Assembly (NCBI GenBank): GCA_045805065.1
Contig: JBJMMA010000216.1
Span: forward strand, 1 to 31,380
Length of the DNA: 31,380 nucleotides
DNA from: Bdellovibrionia bacterium
Lineage (GTDB): Bacteria > Bdellovibrionota > UBA1018
Direction of reading: 5' to 3'
Part shown: positions 18,286 to 26,487 of the stretch, one piece after another
Layout of the letters: every line of letters begins with the position of its first letter
Numbering within the stretch: the first letter of the stretch is position 1
Program-made: the position numbers and the translations under genes
Notes under the pieces: generated by a model
Databases searched by the model: none
Told to the model about the DNA's origin: nothing
Seen by the model: the letters and a program-made list of their open reading frames with translations, nothing else

Positions 18286-21200
18286 TTACGCAGTTTTCTG
18301 TTTCTGATTGATTTCGGATTCTTCAATGCCAACCCGAGGCATCGGAAACTCTGGCAATCGAGTTCGACGGCGTCTCAAGACGAAGGCCGCTATTCCGCCC
18401 AGCAAGCTCACGCCGACTACAGCAATGCTGATCCTTCTGACCTGACTCTCGTTTGTGTTCATCCAAAGTTTGGCATCATAGACTTTCCTTGCGATCCCAC
18501 CATCAGGCTCACCCCGTTCACGGCGGGCTTGCGAAAGCGCCTGATTAAAACTGGATGTCACGTCATACAATGGCGTGCTCGGAAACATACTCTGTTTTGC
18601 TTGCATCTTGTTTCTCCTGTCTTTGATTTCAAATTTTTTGGGCGAGAGCTGATCCTGCCTGAGTGCCATGGCAAGCACCTCAGCCATATGCAGGGCCTTC
18701 CGATCTGTCGCCTGTTCAATTTGGGTGCGGCAGCTGAATCCATCGCTGACGATCAAGGTGTCTGCAGGAGCTTTTCTGACTGCAGGAAGAAGCACACGCT
18801 CCCCCACTTTCATGGAGACTTCGTAGCGATCTTTCTCCTTCTCAAACCCGAAACTTCCAGCCATCCCACAGCAGCCTGAGTCAAGAATCTCGTGATCGAG
18901 TCCTATCTTTGAGAGGATCGAATTCTCACTCTTAAATTTCAGAACGGATTTGTGATGGCAGTGTCCGTGAATCAGAGCCTTTCTCTTAAGCTTTGGCACC
19001 CTGAAATCTGGAGCCTTCTGATCCAGGAACTCGCTCAGTAGAAAACACTGCTCAGAGAGCCGCTTGGCATTCAGATCATTCGGCAGCATCTCTTTGAGCT
19101 CGTCCCTGAAAACAGCTACGCAACTTGGTTCAAGTCCCACGATCGGTACACCTGCTTCAATCTCAGATCTCAGGGTGCTCAAAACTCTTCGGAGATAGAT
19201 CTTCGCAAGACCAAGCATTCCGTAATCATAGAGAGGCCTGCCGCAACAAAGGTGCATCTCAGGTGCAATGACTTGGTAACCTGCAGCCTCAAGTACTTCG
19301 ACGGCAGCCATGGCCGTATTCGGATGAAAGTAATTATTGAACGTATCTGGCCAGAGAATGATTTTCTGACCTAGGGGATTCCTTGTTCCACGCTTTCTAT
19401 ACAAAGCTTTGAATGTCTGTTCGGCAAATTTAGGGATCTGCCGCTGAGGAGCCATTCCGCTCAGCGCTTTAGCAACGAAGCTGAATCCCGGCGTTTGAGT
19501 GAAGAAATTCACAAGTCTCGGCATCTTCGAGGCGATAATCGCCCACACATTAATCAAGCCAAAGGCATAAGCGGACCTTGGCCTGAGTCTTCCTTCATAG
19601 TAATGAGACAGAAACTCAGCCTTATAAGTCGCCATGTCGACGTTTACCGGACAATCCCCCTTACAGCCTTTGCAAGAAAGACAGAGATCCAGGGCGTCTT
19701 TCACGGCTTCGCTCTTCCAACCCTCTTTCAGGGTCTGTCCAGTAAACATCTCATGAAGAAGATGCGCGCGTCCGCGGGTCGAGTGCTTTTCCTCGCGCGT
19801 GACCATGAAACTTGGGCACATTGTCCCGCCCTGCGTTCTTCGGCATTTTCCAACGCCCACGCAACGCAGAGTCGCATGAGACATGCTGCCGTGATCACCC
19901 GGAAACTTGAAATGAGTTACAGGCTGCGCAGGACTGTAGTGCTCACCCAGCCTCAGGTTTTCATCCATTTTATACGGATCGATGACCTTCCCCGGATTCA
20001 TTTTCCATTTTGGGTCCCAGATGGACTTGTACTCACGAAAAGCTTCGATGAGCTCAAAGCCGAACATCTTTGGTAATAGCTCGGCACGAGCCTGACCATC
20101 GCCATGCTCGCCCGAAAGTGAGCCGCCATAACTCAAGACAAGATCGGCGGCGTCATTCATGAATTCTCGGAATTTTTTGATGCCTTCGGCAGTGATGAGA
20201 TCAAAGTCGATTCGAACGTGAATGCAGCCCTGGCCAAAGTGACCGTAAAGCGCGCAAGCCAAGCCGTAACGATTAAAGAGCTCTCGAAGGTCTATCAGGT
20301 AATCGCCGACACGATCCGGAGGAATCGCCGAATCCTCCCAGCCCGGCCAAGTATCGTTTGCCCCAGGGACTCGAGCCGTTGCGCCAAGACCTGATTCTCG
20401 AATCTTCCAGACCTTCTCCTCCTCGTCTTTGTCACCAAAGAATTTCATCGAAGGCGAGTCGGGCCTAGCCTTCAAGGCAGTCATCATTGCTCTTGCCTGT
20501 AAATCCGACTCCTCCTGAGAGTCCGATCCAAACTCCACCATGAGCCATCCTCTTCCGGAAGGAAGCTCAGGAAGTGTCTCGGCATTCAGGTTTTTTTTCT
20601 TTTCAAAGTCGATCAGATTCTTATCGAATCCCTCGAGTCCGATTGGACCAAACTTGAGAACTTCGGGTACATGTCGTCCTGCCTCGTACACATCTGAGTA
20701 GCCCAAGACAACAAGGGTGCGCTTAGCGCGCGCAGGAACGAGACGGACGGTTGCTTCAAGAACCGTCACCAGAGTTCCCTCGCTTCCAACCAAGGCGCGC
20801 GCCACGTTAAATCCATTTTCAGGCAAAAGATTATCAAGATTATAGCCCGAAACCCGGCGCGGAATTTTTGGATAGCGCGCGCGAATCAGGTCCGCGTAGT
20901 GATCACGTAACTTTCTGAGCTTCTCATAAAGCTCGCCTCGCTCGCCCCCCTGACTAATGATCTGATCGAGTTCCTCTTCACTGGTAGCGCCCACTCTCAA
21001 GCGAAGGCCGTTATATGTGACAATATCAAGCTCCTGGATATTGTCAGCGGTCCGGCCTGCCATCAGCGCATGAATGCCGCAGGAATTATTTCCGATCATG
21101 CCTCCCAAAGTGCAGTGATTATGCGTCGCAGGATCCGGGCCAAAAGTAAGATTGTATTGTTCGGCAGCATGTCTGAGGTCGTCGAGAATCACCCCAGGCT

Positions 21201-21621
21201 GCACGCGCGCGAGCTTTCGCTCCGGATCAATCTCTAGTACCCGGTTCATATATTTCGAAAAGTCCATAATGACAGCGGTATTGCAGCACTGGCCGGCAAG
21301 ACTCGTTCCGCCCCCGCGTGAGAGCACGGGCGCGCCGAGCTCTCTACAGATGCGCAAGGTTTCCAGCACGTCTTTCTCATCGCGCGGGATCACGACTCCG
21401 ATCGGGGTCTGACGATAGTTTGAGCCGTCCGTCGCGTAAAGAGCACGACTGCCATTGTCAAACCTGACCTCGCCCCGAAGACTTGCGCTGAGTCTCCGCT
21501 CCATTTCTTGCGCGACATGATTTGATAGCTGATCTGCTCCTGGCCCCGGCCGTCGAGTCTGATGGTCCGTGAGTTTCCACTGAGCATCTTTTGGAGAATA
21601 GGACCACTGACGTGCCAGCAC
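18286..21621 (-). CDS. FAD-binding and Fe-S-binding oxidoreductase (GlcD/GlcF-type fusion, YdiJ-like) with C-terminal membrane anchor
   Basis: RGGGTSLAGQ, GGMIGNNSCG, SGEHGDG, CVGVGKC, CLSCKGCKGDCP, two CCG domains, then a tail with a TM helix and RRRR. Confidence 0.92.
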   Translation of the reverse strand: MLARQWSYSPKDAQWKLTDHQTRRPGPGADQLSNHVAQEMERRLSASLRGEVRFDNGSRALYATDGSNYRQTPIGVVIPRDEKDVLETLRICRELGAPVLSRGGGTSLAGQCCNTAVIMDFSKYMNRVLEIDPERKLARVQPGVILDDLRHAAEQYNLTFGPDPATHNHCTLGGMIGNNSCGIHALMAGRTADNIQELDIVTYNGLRLRVGATSEEELDQIISQGGERGELYEKLRKLRDHYADLIRARYPKIPRRVSGYNLDNLLPENGFNVARALVGSEGTLVTVLEATVRLVPARAKRTLVVLGYSDVYEAGRHVPEVLKFGPIGLEGFDKNLIDFEKKKNLNAETLPELPSGRGWLMVEFGSDSQEESDLQARAMMTALKARPDSPSMKFFGDKDEEEKVWKIRESGLGATARVPGANDTWPGWEDSAIPPDRVGDYLIDLRELFNRYGLACALYGHFGQGCIHVRIDFDLITAEGIKKFREFMNDAADLVLSYGGSLSGEHGDGQARAELLPKMFGFELIEAFREYKSIWDPKWKMNPGKVIDPYKMDENLRLGEHYSPAQPVTHFKFPGDHGSMSHATLRCVGVGKCRRTQGGTMCPSFMVTREEKHSTRGRAHLLHEMFTGQTLKEGWKSEAVKDALDLCLSCKGCKGDCPVNVDMATYKAEFLSHYYEGRLRPRSAYAFGLINVWAIIASKMPRLVNFFTQTPGFSFVAKALSGMAPQRQIPKFAEQTFKALYRKRGTRNPLGQKIILWPDTFNNYFHPNTAMAAVEVLEAAGYQVIAPEMHLCCGRPLYDYGMLGLAKIYLRRVLSTLRSEIEAGVPIVGLEPSCVAVFRDELKEMLPNDLNAKRLSEQCFLLSEFLDQKAPDFRVPKLKRKALIHGHCHHKSVLKFKSENSILSKIGLDHEILDSGCCGMAGSFGFEKEKDRYEVSMKVGERVLLPAVRKAPADTLIVSDGFSCRTQIEQATDRKALHMAEVLAMALRQDQLSPKKFEIKDRRNKMQAKQSMFPSTPLYDVTSSFNQALSQARRERGEPDGGIARKVYDAKLWMNTNESQVRRISIAVVGVSLLGGIAAFVLRRRRTRLPEFPMPRVGIEESEINQKQKTA

Positions 21622-21681
21622 ATCGACTCCTGAGCGGTTTGAAACATTTCGGTTGAAGATGGAGATAATATTTCATTCGTT

Positions 21682-21697
21682 TGCAAAGAAAGATCCA
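21682..21697 (-). promoter_or_regulatory. Sigma54-type -24/-12 promoter
   Basis: TGGATC-TTTCT-TTGCA (exact GG-N10-GC) about 60 nt upstream of the oxidoreductase start. Confidence 0.55.
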
Positions 21698-21752
21698 TCC
21701 TGGAAGCGACCAGCCACGAGTGTGAGCACATCTCTTGAATTCAACAAAGGAC

Positions 21753-22322
21753 ATGAAAGAGTTCAAACCTTTGAAAGCTTCCTTCTGGATTGCGTTACTG
21801 TCTTTCATCACAATCCTGCCCATCGCGTCCTTTTCCGCGGATGTCTCTTCACAGGACAAAGAACTAGCCAACAAACTCGCTCAAGGAAGCATTTCCGAGG
21901 TGCAGGTCGGAAAATTTGTCAAAGACAAGGCCACCGATCCAGCCGTCAAAGACTTTGCCAACCGGATGGTTCAAGATCATACGCAAATGGACCAACAGAT
22001 CAGACATTGGGCGTCGTTGAACGGAGTCACACTTTCGACCGCCCCATCCAAAGATGGTCAGGAGCTCAAGGGCCGGTTAGCAAAGGAATCCGGAAAGTCC
22101 TATGACCAGGAGTACGTTCGTTCGATGCTCGAGGATCATAAGAAGGATGTTTCTGAACTCCAGAAATTCATGGCAGCTCATCCGGACTCCTCACTCAAGA
22201 GCATTGTCACCCAGACACTCCCGATCTTGGAAAATCACCTCCGCGTAGCGGAAAACGTGGCCGGAAAGCTTGGAGTCAGTGCAAAGCCAGGCCTCAATCA
22301 ACCTGAACATCCTCAAAGCTGA
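21753..22322 (+). CDS. DUF4142 domain (ferritin-like) exported protein
   Basis: Signal peptide, DPAVKDFANRMVQDHT, YDQEYVRSMLEDHKKDV, TLPILENHL. ATG 21753 follows AAAGGA. Confidence 0.9.
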   Translation: MKEFKPLKASFWIALLSFITILPIASFSADVSSQDKELANKLAQGSISEVQVGKFVKDKATDPAVKDFANRMVQDHTQMDQQIRHWASLNGVTLSTAPSKDGQELKGRLAKESGKSYDQEYVRSMLEDHKKDVSELQKFMAAHPDSSLKSIVTQTLPILENHLRVAENVAGKLGVSAKPGLNQPEHPQS

Positions 22323-22339
22323 GGAACTGAGGGCACATC

Positions 22340-23383
22340 ATGAGCAGAGTAATCGTAGTGACTGGAGCTGCCGCTGGTGTTGGTCGCGCGATTGCGCGTG
22401 AGTTTGGCAAAGAAAAGACAAAGATCGGACTCATCGCACGCGGAACGGATGGGCTTGAAGGCGCAAAGCGCGAGATCGAAACCATGGGTGGCCAGGCGCT
22501 GGTTCTTCCGCTGGATGTCGCTGACTCGGACGCAGTTGATCGCGCCGCCCAAAAGGTTGAGGACGAATTCGGCCCGATTGACGTTTGGGTCAATGATGCG
22601 ATGGTCTCAGTCTTCTCTCCTGTCAAAGAAATGAAGCCTGAAGAATACAAGCGAGTCACTGAAGTCACTTACCTGGGATACGTTTACGGAACTCTCTCGG
22701 CCCTGAGGCGCATGATTCCAAGGAATCGAGGAATCATCATCCAGATCGGATCTGCGCTCGCGTATCGGAGCATTCCGCTTCAGTCTGCTTATTGCGGAGC
22801 AAAACATGCGATTGCCGGCTTCACTGAGTCGCTTCGCACGGAGCTTCTTCACGACCAGAGCAAGATCCAGGTCTGCGAAGTCGATCTTCCTGCTGTCAAC
22901 ACGCCGCAATTTAGCTGGGTAAAGTCCCGTCTTCCGAACGAGCCTCAACCTGTTCCACCGATTTATGAACCTGAGGTCATTGCAAGGGCGGTTCGCTTCA
23001 TCTCCAAACACCCCCGCAAAAAGCTCAACGTAGCCTTCTCAACCATCAAAGCTGTGAACGCCGAAAAAATAGCTCCGGCTTTTGCGGATCGCTATCTGTC
23101 TCAGTTTGGTTACAAGGCCCAGCAGACAAAAGAGCCTTTAAAGCCCAGAAAAGATAATCTCTGGGAAGCAGTTCCTGGCGATCATGGCGCGCGAGGCAGC
23201 TTCAGCTCGCGCTCACGAAGCTTCAGTCTGACTCTTTGGCTGGATATGTATCGTGCTCCTGTTCTATTGGGCTTGGGCGCTCTCGGAATTTTTGCATATT
23301 TGAGATCAAGCCAAGCCGGCCAACGGTTCTTTTCCCGAAGAACACTTGCGCGGACATTCCCCGACCAATCGATTGCTGCTTAA
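22340..23383 (+). CDS. SDR family oxidoreductase with hydrophobic C-terminal tail
   Basis: TGAAAGVG nucleotide-binding motif, GSALAYRSIPLQSAYCGAK (YxxxK), LPAVNTPQF, DNLWEAV..DHGARG. Confidence 0.93.
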   Translation: MSRVIVVTGAAAGVGRAIAREFGKEKTKIGLIARGTDGLEGAKREIETMGGQALVLPLDVADSDAVDRAAQKVEDEFGPIDVWVNDAMVSVFSPVKEMKPEEYKRVTEVTYLGYVYGTLSALRRMIPRNRGIIIQIGSALAYRSIPLQSAYCGAKHAIAGFTESLRTELLHDQSKIQVCEVDLPAVNTPQFSWVKSRLPNEPQPVPPIYEPEVIARAVRFISKHPRKKLNVAFSTIKAVNAEKIAPAFADRYLSQFGYKAQQTKEPLKPRKDNLWEAVPGDHGARGSFSSRSRSFSLTLWLDMYRAPVLLGLGALGIFAYLRSSQAGQRFFSRRTLARTFPDQSIAA

Positions 23384-23393
23384 ATGGCGCAGC

Positions 23394-25733
23394 TTAACTG
23401 GCGATCTTCTCCTCACCAAACGGTATCGGAGCTCCTGATTTGACGACCACTCTTCCGGGATTGTCGATCACATTCCAATGGGTCCGACCATCCGATGAAC
23501 GCCAGAAACGAATCTGCAGTCTTGTTCCACGAAACTGCAGGTTTTTGATCTCCACCCAGGATAACCATTCCGGCAAATGAGGATCCAGATACAATAGGCC
23601 GTGATCAGCGCGTGGCCGGATGCCCAGCATGACTTGAAGGTGCTGAGCAATCGCTGAGATGGACCAGGCTTGAATCAGATTGGCGTAACTGTAGAGCGCT
23701 GGCACCGGAGACTGTCGATCGCGGGGATGACCGCTGATCACTTCAGGCAGTCTCAAATGCTCAAACATCGCGGCAAGTCCAAATTGCCCAGTAATGATCC
23801 GATGAGCTTCGTCATGATAACCGCGAGCCGCAAGACCATCGGCGATGAAAGCATTTTCAACCGGCCACACGGAGCCCCGGTGATAGGAGAACGGATCGTA
23901 GGCAGGGTTATCTGATGACAAGGTTCGAATTCCCCAGCCTGAGAACATATCCTCTGCCATCAGGCCACGAACGAGATCAGCCACTTTATCCTCATCCAGG
24001 ATACTGGTCGCAAGCGCATGCCCGATGTTGGATGCCTTGGATTTAATCTGCCGGCCTTGCTGGTCCAAGGCGAGGACGTAAAACTTGGAGTCCTGATCCC
24101 AAAAATCGCGATTAAAGCGCGCTTTCAACGCAGAGGCCTCCGACCAAAGCTCACCACAAGCCGATCCATCAATCACTGACAACATTTCTGCGGCTTCAAT
24201 CAGAGCCTGATATGCATAAGCTTGGATTTCGACCAATGCCAATGGCGGGATCCGAATTCGCCCATCTATATCGACAATCGCGTCTCCAGAATCTTTCCAG
24301 GCATGATTCCGGTTTTCATCGGGATGCCCTGGAAGCGCCGGAGCATAGTAGATATATCCTGCCCCTTGCTGAAGCCGGGTTCTTACCCAGTTCAAGCACC
24401 GCTGAAGAGTTTGCTCATGCCTGAGAATCAGCTCCTTTTCACCCGTCCAACGAAAGAGAGATGCCAGCGCGAGGATCCAAAATGGAGTCGACGTGACGTC
24501 TCCATAGTAGATCTCCCGATTGGTGATCCCGACCTGCGCGCAAGGATTGATCCGGCGTTCATGCGGCAGTCGGTCGGGCTCCTCGTCTCTCCAATCTTCT
24601 TGCTTCACGCCTTGCAGTTCCGCAAGGCGTGAAAGGACAGGCTCAAACAAGTCCGGATTGAAAATCGCGCTCTGCCAGGCCGTAATCAAATTATCTCGAC
24701 CAAATAGTCCCAGGTATCTTGGAATTCCAGCGATGAAAGCCTGATGGTTTTGAGTTTGAGTCTTAGTCCTATCAAACACAGGCAAACCGATTGAGTTCAA
24801 GTCCCCCATGGCTTGGCCCAGAATCAGATTCAGCATGGAATGCGATGTGTCGATCCAGAGACTGCTTTGAGTCCGGTCCGCGCTCTCATGAGGAAGCGGC
24901 TCAAGACTCAGAAGCGGTGGCGATAGCAATCGCTCGCCATTGGCGATTGGCTCGTAACGCAGCTCCAGGCAAAGCTCCTGCCTGCCCTCAAGATCTGATC
25001 TGACTCGAATAAAATTAACACCACCCCTTTTAAGCTGAATATGAGCTTTAGGACTTCCGGGTAGAGGCCTGACTCGGATTTCAAGCGCACGAGAGATCTC
25101 GTCTCCGTCACGCGGCGCGTTCTCTCCGTACGTCGCCTGAAATTCCTCCGTAGGCGCTCGATAACGCACACCAAAAACTTTATCAAAGCGAAAGCCCACC
25201 CAGTCATTTCCCTCAATGAGCTGTGCCGGTAAGCCCTTCTTTTTAAGAACGGCGTCGCGCTTCATTTCATCTTCAAACTGACTGTCACGCATAGGGCAGA
25301 CAAGCCCCAGTTCAAATTCCACGTGCCTTTTTTGAGCGCCGTTGTTCTTGATGATGACTCGCTCTGTCCACCCCTGATCAATCCGCCTGAGAATTCTGAC
25401 TTCAATCGACCCTCGAGGCAAAGTCCTATCCGGAAGGTTGCCCGAGTCTGCTGAATCAAGAACGGCACCGTTGCTGGACCATTCATGAGGAGCAAGCTGT
25501 ACGGCAAGTCGGTGGCGGATTGGACTTCCATTCACTCGCATCTCATAGTGAGAAAGCATCTGAGTCTCTGCTGCGTAAAAGCCTTGCATGGGAGCACCGT
25601 GCATTTCTCCATGATCATCCATGGTGAGACGAGTCCAACCCTTAAACAGCGTGATGGTACTTGGCTCTTTTCGTCCCTGACCAGCCAAACGGTGGAGCGT
25701 GCAGATACTTGGAAGAGTGCGAATTTCTTTCAT
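23394..25733 (-). CDS. Amylo-alpha-1,6-glucosidase / glycogen debranching enzyme-like protein
   Basis: AGIPRYLGLFGRD, YYGDVTSTP, WKDSGD, WGIRTLS, YHRGSVWP and LPE motifs. Start is ATG 25733 or GTG 25802. Confidence 0.88.
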   Translation of the reverse strand: MKEIRTLPSICTLHRLAGQGRKEPSTITLFKGWTRLTMDDHGEMHGAPMQGFYAAETQMLSHYEMRVNGSPIRHRLAVQLAPHEWSSNGAVLDSADSGNLPDRTLPRGSIEVRILRRIDQGWTERVIIKNNGAQKRHVEFELGLVCPMRDSQFEDEMKRDAVLKKKGLPAQLIEGNDWVGFRFDKVFGVRYRAPTEEFQATYGENAPRDGDEISRALEIRVRPLPGSPKAHIQLKRGGVNFIRVRSDLEGRQELCLELRYEPIANGERLLSPPLLSLEPLPHESADRTQSSLWIDTSHSMLNLILGQAMGDLNSIGLPVFDRTKTQTQNHQAFIAGIPRYLGLFGRDNLITAWQSAIFNPDLFEPVLSRLAELQGVKQEDWRDEEPDRLPHERRINPCAQVGITNREIYYGDVTSTPFWILALASLFRWTGEKELILRHEQTLQRCLNWVRTRLQQGAGYIYYAPALPGHPDENRNHAWKDSGDAIVDIDGRIRIPPLALVEIQAYAYQALIEAAEMLSVIDGSACGELWSEASALKARFNRDFWDQDSKFYVLALDQQGRQIKSKASNIGHALATSILDEDKVADLVRGLMAEDMFSGWGIRTLSSDNPAYDPFSYHRGSVWPVENAFIADGLAARGYHDEAHRIITGQFGLAAMFEHLRLPEVISGHPRDRQSPVPALYSYANLIQAWSISAIAQHLQVMLGIRPRADHGLLYLDPHLPEWLSWVEIKNLQFRGTRLQIRFWRSSDGRTHWNVIDNPGRVVVKSGAPIPFGEEKIAS

Positions 25734-25785
25734 AAGCGGCTTTGCCTGAAGTTCTACAATTTCTGTTCCGCGCCATTCCTCTGAA

Positions 25786-25801
25786 AGGCATGCGGTTTGC
25801 A
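25786..25801 (+). promoter_or_regulatory. Sigma54-type -24/-12 promoter of the act operon
   Basis: AGGCAT-GCGGT-TTGCA (exact GG-N10-GC) ends 26 nt before the actA ATG. Confidence 0.62.
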
Positions 25802-25827
25802 CTCAGCCGCTCGGCAATAAGTGGGCG

Positions 25828-26487
25828 ATGCGGCAAATTTTCAGGCGTAGAAGCAATGCGATTTCTCGGCTCTCACTCCTTTTCTTTCTAGTGGTTCTCC
25901 CACTGGGAGCGCTTGGATTTTGGACTGCGTTCAAATGGTCAGACTGGCAGACAGAAGTAAACGTTCCTACCGGACAGCCCGTACCGTTCAGTCATCAGCA
26001 TCACGTAGCCGGGCTTGGTCTTGATTGCAGATATTGCCACTCCACTGTTGAAACAACCGCCACAGCAGGCATGCCGCCCACCCACACCTGCATGACTTGT
26101 CACTCACAGATTTGGCAGAACGCCGACATTCTCGCGCCAGTCCGTGAAAGCTACGCTCAACATAAACCTCTCGAATGGAACCGCGTCTACCGGATTCCAA
26201 AATACGTTTACTTCAATCACAGCATCCATGTTCAGAAAGGCATTGGCTGCACCAGTTGCCATGGCGAGATCGCCAGCATGCCGCTCACCTGGAAAGAAAA
26301 TCCTTTTTACATGAGAAACTGTCTTGCCTGTCATCGCGAGCCAGAAAAATACATCCGTCAGAAATCAGAAGTTTTTAATCCCTTCTGGGTTCAGCCAGAA
26401 AACCAGGAGAGCATCGGCGCGAAGCTTGTGGAAGAGTACCATATTCCAAAAGATCGCCTCACCGATTGCTACACGTGTCATCGATGA
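25828..26487 (+). CDS. actA: Alternative complex III pentaheme cytochrome c subunit
   Basis: N-terminal TM, QPVPFSHQHH, and five CxxCH motifs (CRYCH, CMTCH, CTSCH, CLACH, CYTCH). Confidence 0.93.
   Translation: MRQIFRRRSNAISRLSLLFFLVVLPLGALGFWTAFKWSDWQTEVNVPTGQPVPFSHQHHVAGLGLDCRYCHSTVETTATAGMPPTHTCMTCHSQIWQNADILAPVRESYAQHKPLEWNRVYRIPKYVYFNHSIHVQKGIGCTSCHGEIASMPLTWKENPFYMRNCLACHREPEKYIRQKSEVFNPFWVQPENQESIGAKLVEEYHIPKDRLTDCYTCHR

Noticed and set aside
16588..20076. Long plus-strand ORFs (16588-17205, 18268-18879, 19495-20076)
   Set aside because: Antisense to well-supported enzymes, with no recognisable motifs.
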